Shown: one piece after another, positions 14,262 to 15,181 of the stretch
Layout of the letters: every line of letters begins with the position of its first letter
Position numbering within the stretch: position 1 is the first letter of the stretch
Source of the DNA: a bacterium
GTDB lineage: Bacteria > Krumholzibacteriota > Krumholzibacteriia > LZORAL124-64-63
DNA length: 15,181 nucleotides
Reading direction: 5' to 3'
Assembly (NCBI GenBank): GCA_031441465.1
Contig: JANOEP010000002.1
Coordinates: forward strand, 1 to 15,181
Position numbers and translations under genes: made by a program
The notes under the pieces: model-generated
What the model was told of the DNA's origin: nothing
The model's database searches: none
Seen by the model: only the letters and a program-made list of their open reading frames with translations

Positions 14262-15181
14262 TCATGCCGCATCCCCGGTCCGGCCCGCGAAGCGGCGCCG
14301 CCACGCGGGCACCGAACCGGCGAACGCCAGCCCCAGGACCAGGACCAGGCCGCAGACCGTCGCCACGATCCCGAGGCGCAGCGCCGGGTCCCGATAGACG
14401 AAACGGACCTCGTGCTCGCCGGCCGGCAGGGCGACCGCCCTCAACATGTGATCCGCGACGAGCAGCGGTGCCGGCGCCCCGTCGACGGTCACGGTCCAAC
14501 CGGGTAACCACAGGTCGGCCAGGACGAGCACGGACGGCGTGGGCGGCGAGGCTCGCAGCACCACTTCGTTGAGATCGTCGCGCACGTAGTCGACCGCCGG
14601 CAGCGGTTGGGCGGACGCGACCGGCGCGGGGGACGGCGCGCGGTCCAGCAGCACGCGGCGCGCGACGGGCTCGCGGCCGGCCTGCAGGCGGTCCAGGAAT
14701 CCGGCCAGGTCGCCGGAGACCGGCGCCCATTCGCCCACCAGGCGGGCGCGCGGCAACGCGCTGAGGTTGCGGTAGAGCGTGGACTCTCCGGACATCACGG
14801 GCCGCGTCTCGATGTCGGCGCCCAGATCCGCCAGCGCCGGCACGGCCTGCGGCGGCAGGAGCCCGTCGAGCATCAGGTAGCGCCCGCCGAGCCAGGCGGC
14901 GACGCGTCCTGCGGGACGCGCAGGGTCCAGCATCCGCACCCGCGCGGCCTCGGCGGCGGCCGGCTTCGCCGGGTGGTACCCGCCGAGGGAGCGCAGTCCG
15001 GCCGGCAGACCCCCGTTGTGCTGGGCGAGGGAGCCGAGCGGCCACACGCGTTCGTGACCGACGAGCTGCGCCACCTCGACCAGGAAAGGATCCGCCCGGA
15101 ACGCCGAGCGCCGCGCGGCCTGCCGGATGAGATCTCCGGCCGGCACCAGGGAGGCGCCCCCGTCGGCCCGCCGGGCGAGTT
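14262..15181 (-). CDS. YfhO-family membrane protein (putative GT-C glycosyltransferase), 3' part only
   Basis: The frame stays open to the window edge. Contains SLGGYHPAK, LYRNLSALPRA, and the characteristic C-terminal LVLADLWLPGWTVTVDG...ADHMLRAVALPAGEHEVRFVY followed by a final TM helix. Confidence 0.8.
   Translation of the reverse strand, partial: LARRADGGASLVPAGDLIRQAARRSAFRADPFLVEVAQLVGHERVWPLGSLAQHNGGLPAGLRSLGGYHPAKPAAAEAARVRMLDPARPAGRVAAWLGGRYLMLDGLLPPQAVPALADLGADIETRPVMSGESTLYRNLSALPRARLVGEWAPVSGDLAGFLDRLQAGREPVARRVLLDRAPSPAPVASAQPLPAVDYVRDDLNEVVLRASPPTPSVLVLADLWLPGWTVTVDGAPAPLLVADHMLRAVALPAGEHEVRFVYRDPALRLGIVATVCGLVLVLGLAFAGSVPAWRRRFAGRTGDAA

Overview
Very GC-rich bacterial DNA in which every credible gene lies on the minus strand, in two tightly packed blocks. 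The left block is the 5' end of the division/cell-wall (dcw) operon: a sigma70-type promoter (TTGACA-N17-TAAGGT) with three 10-bp-phased MraZ-type boxes, then mraZ, an unexpected 132-aa STAS-fold gene, rsmH, ftsL-like, ftsI (two PASTA-like repeats), murE and murF (truncated by the window edge). The right block is an envelope-glycan operon: YfhO-like (truncated), Dpm1/Ppm1-like polyprenol-phosphate glycosyltransferase, a GT2 fused to an apparently inactive WbaP/WcaJ-type phosphoglycosyl-transferase module, a secreted PorZ-like beta-propeller protein with a T9SS-CTD/FlgD-Ig-like tail, a GNAT/FemABX-like acyltransferase and a Wzx-type flippase. The strongest leads are (i) the serine-less STAS gene inserted between mraZ and rsmH, behind a structured 97-nt spacer with five ANGGA motifs, and (ii) a gene set resembling the Bacteroidota A-LPS/PorZ/VimA surface-anchoring pathway gathered in one operon. 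The host may be a high-GC FCB-related lineage, but that is inference only. All family calls come from motif recognition by eye, not from database searches.
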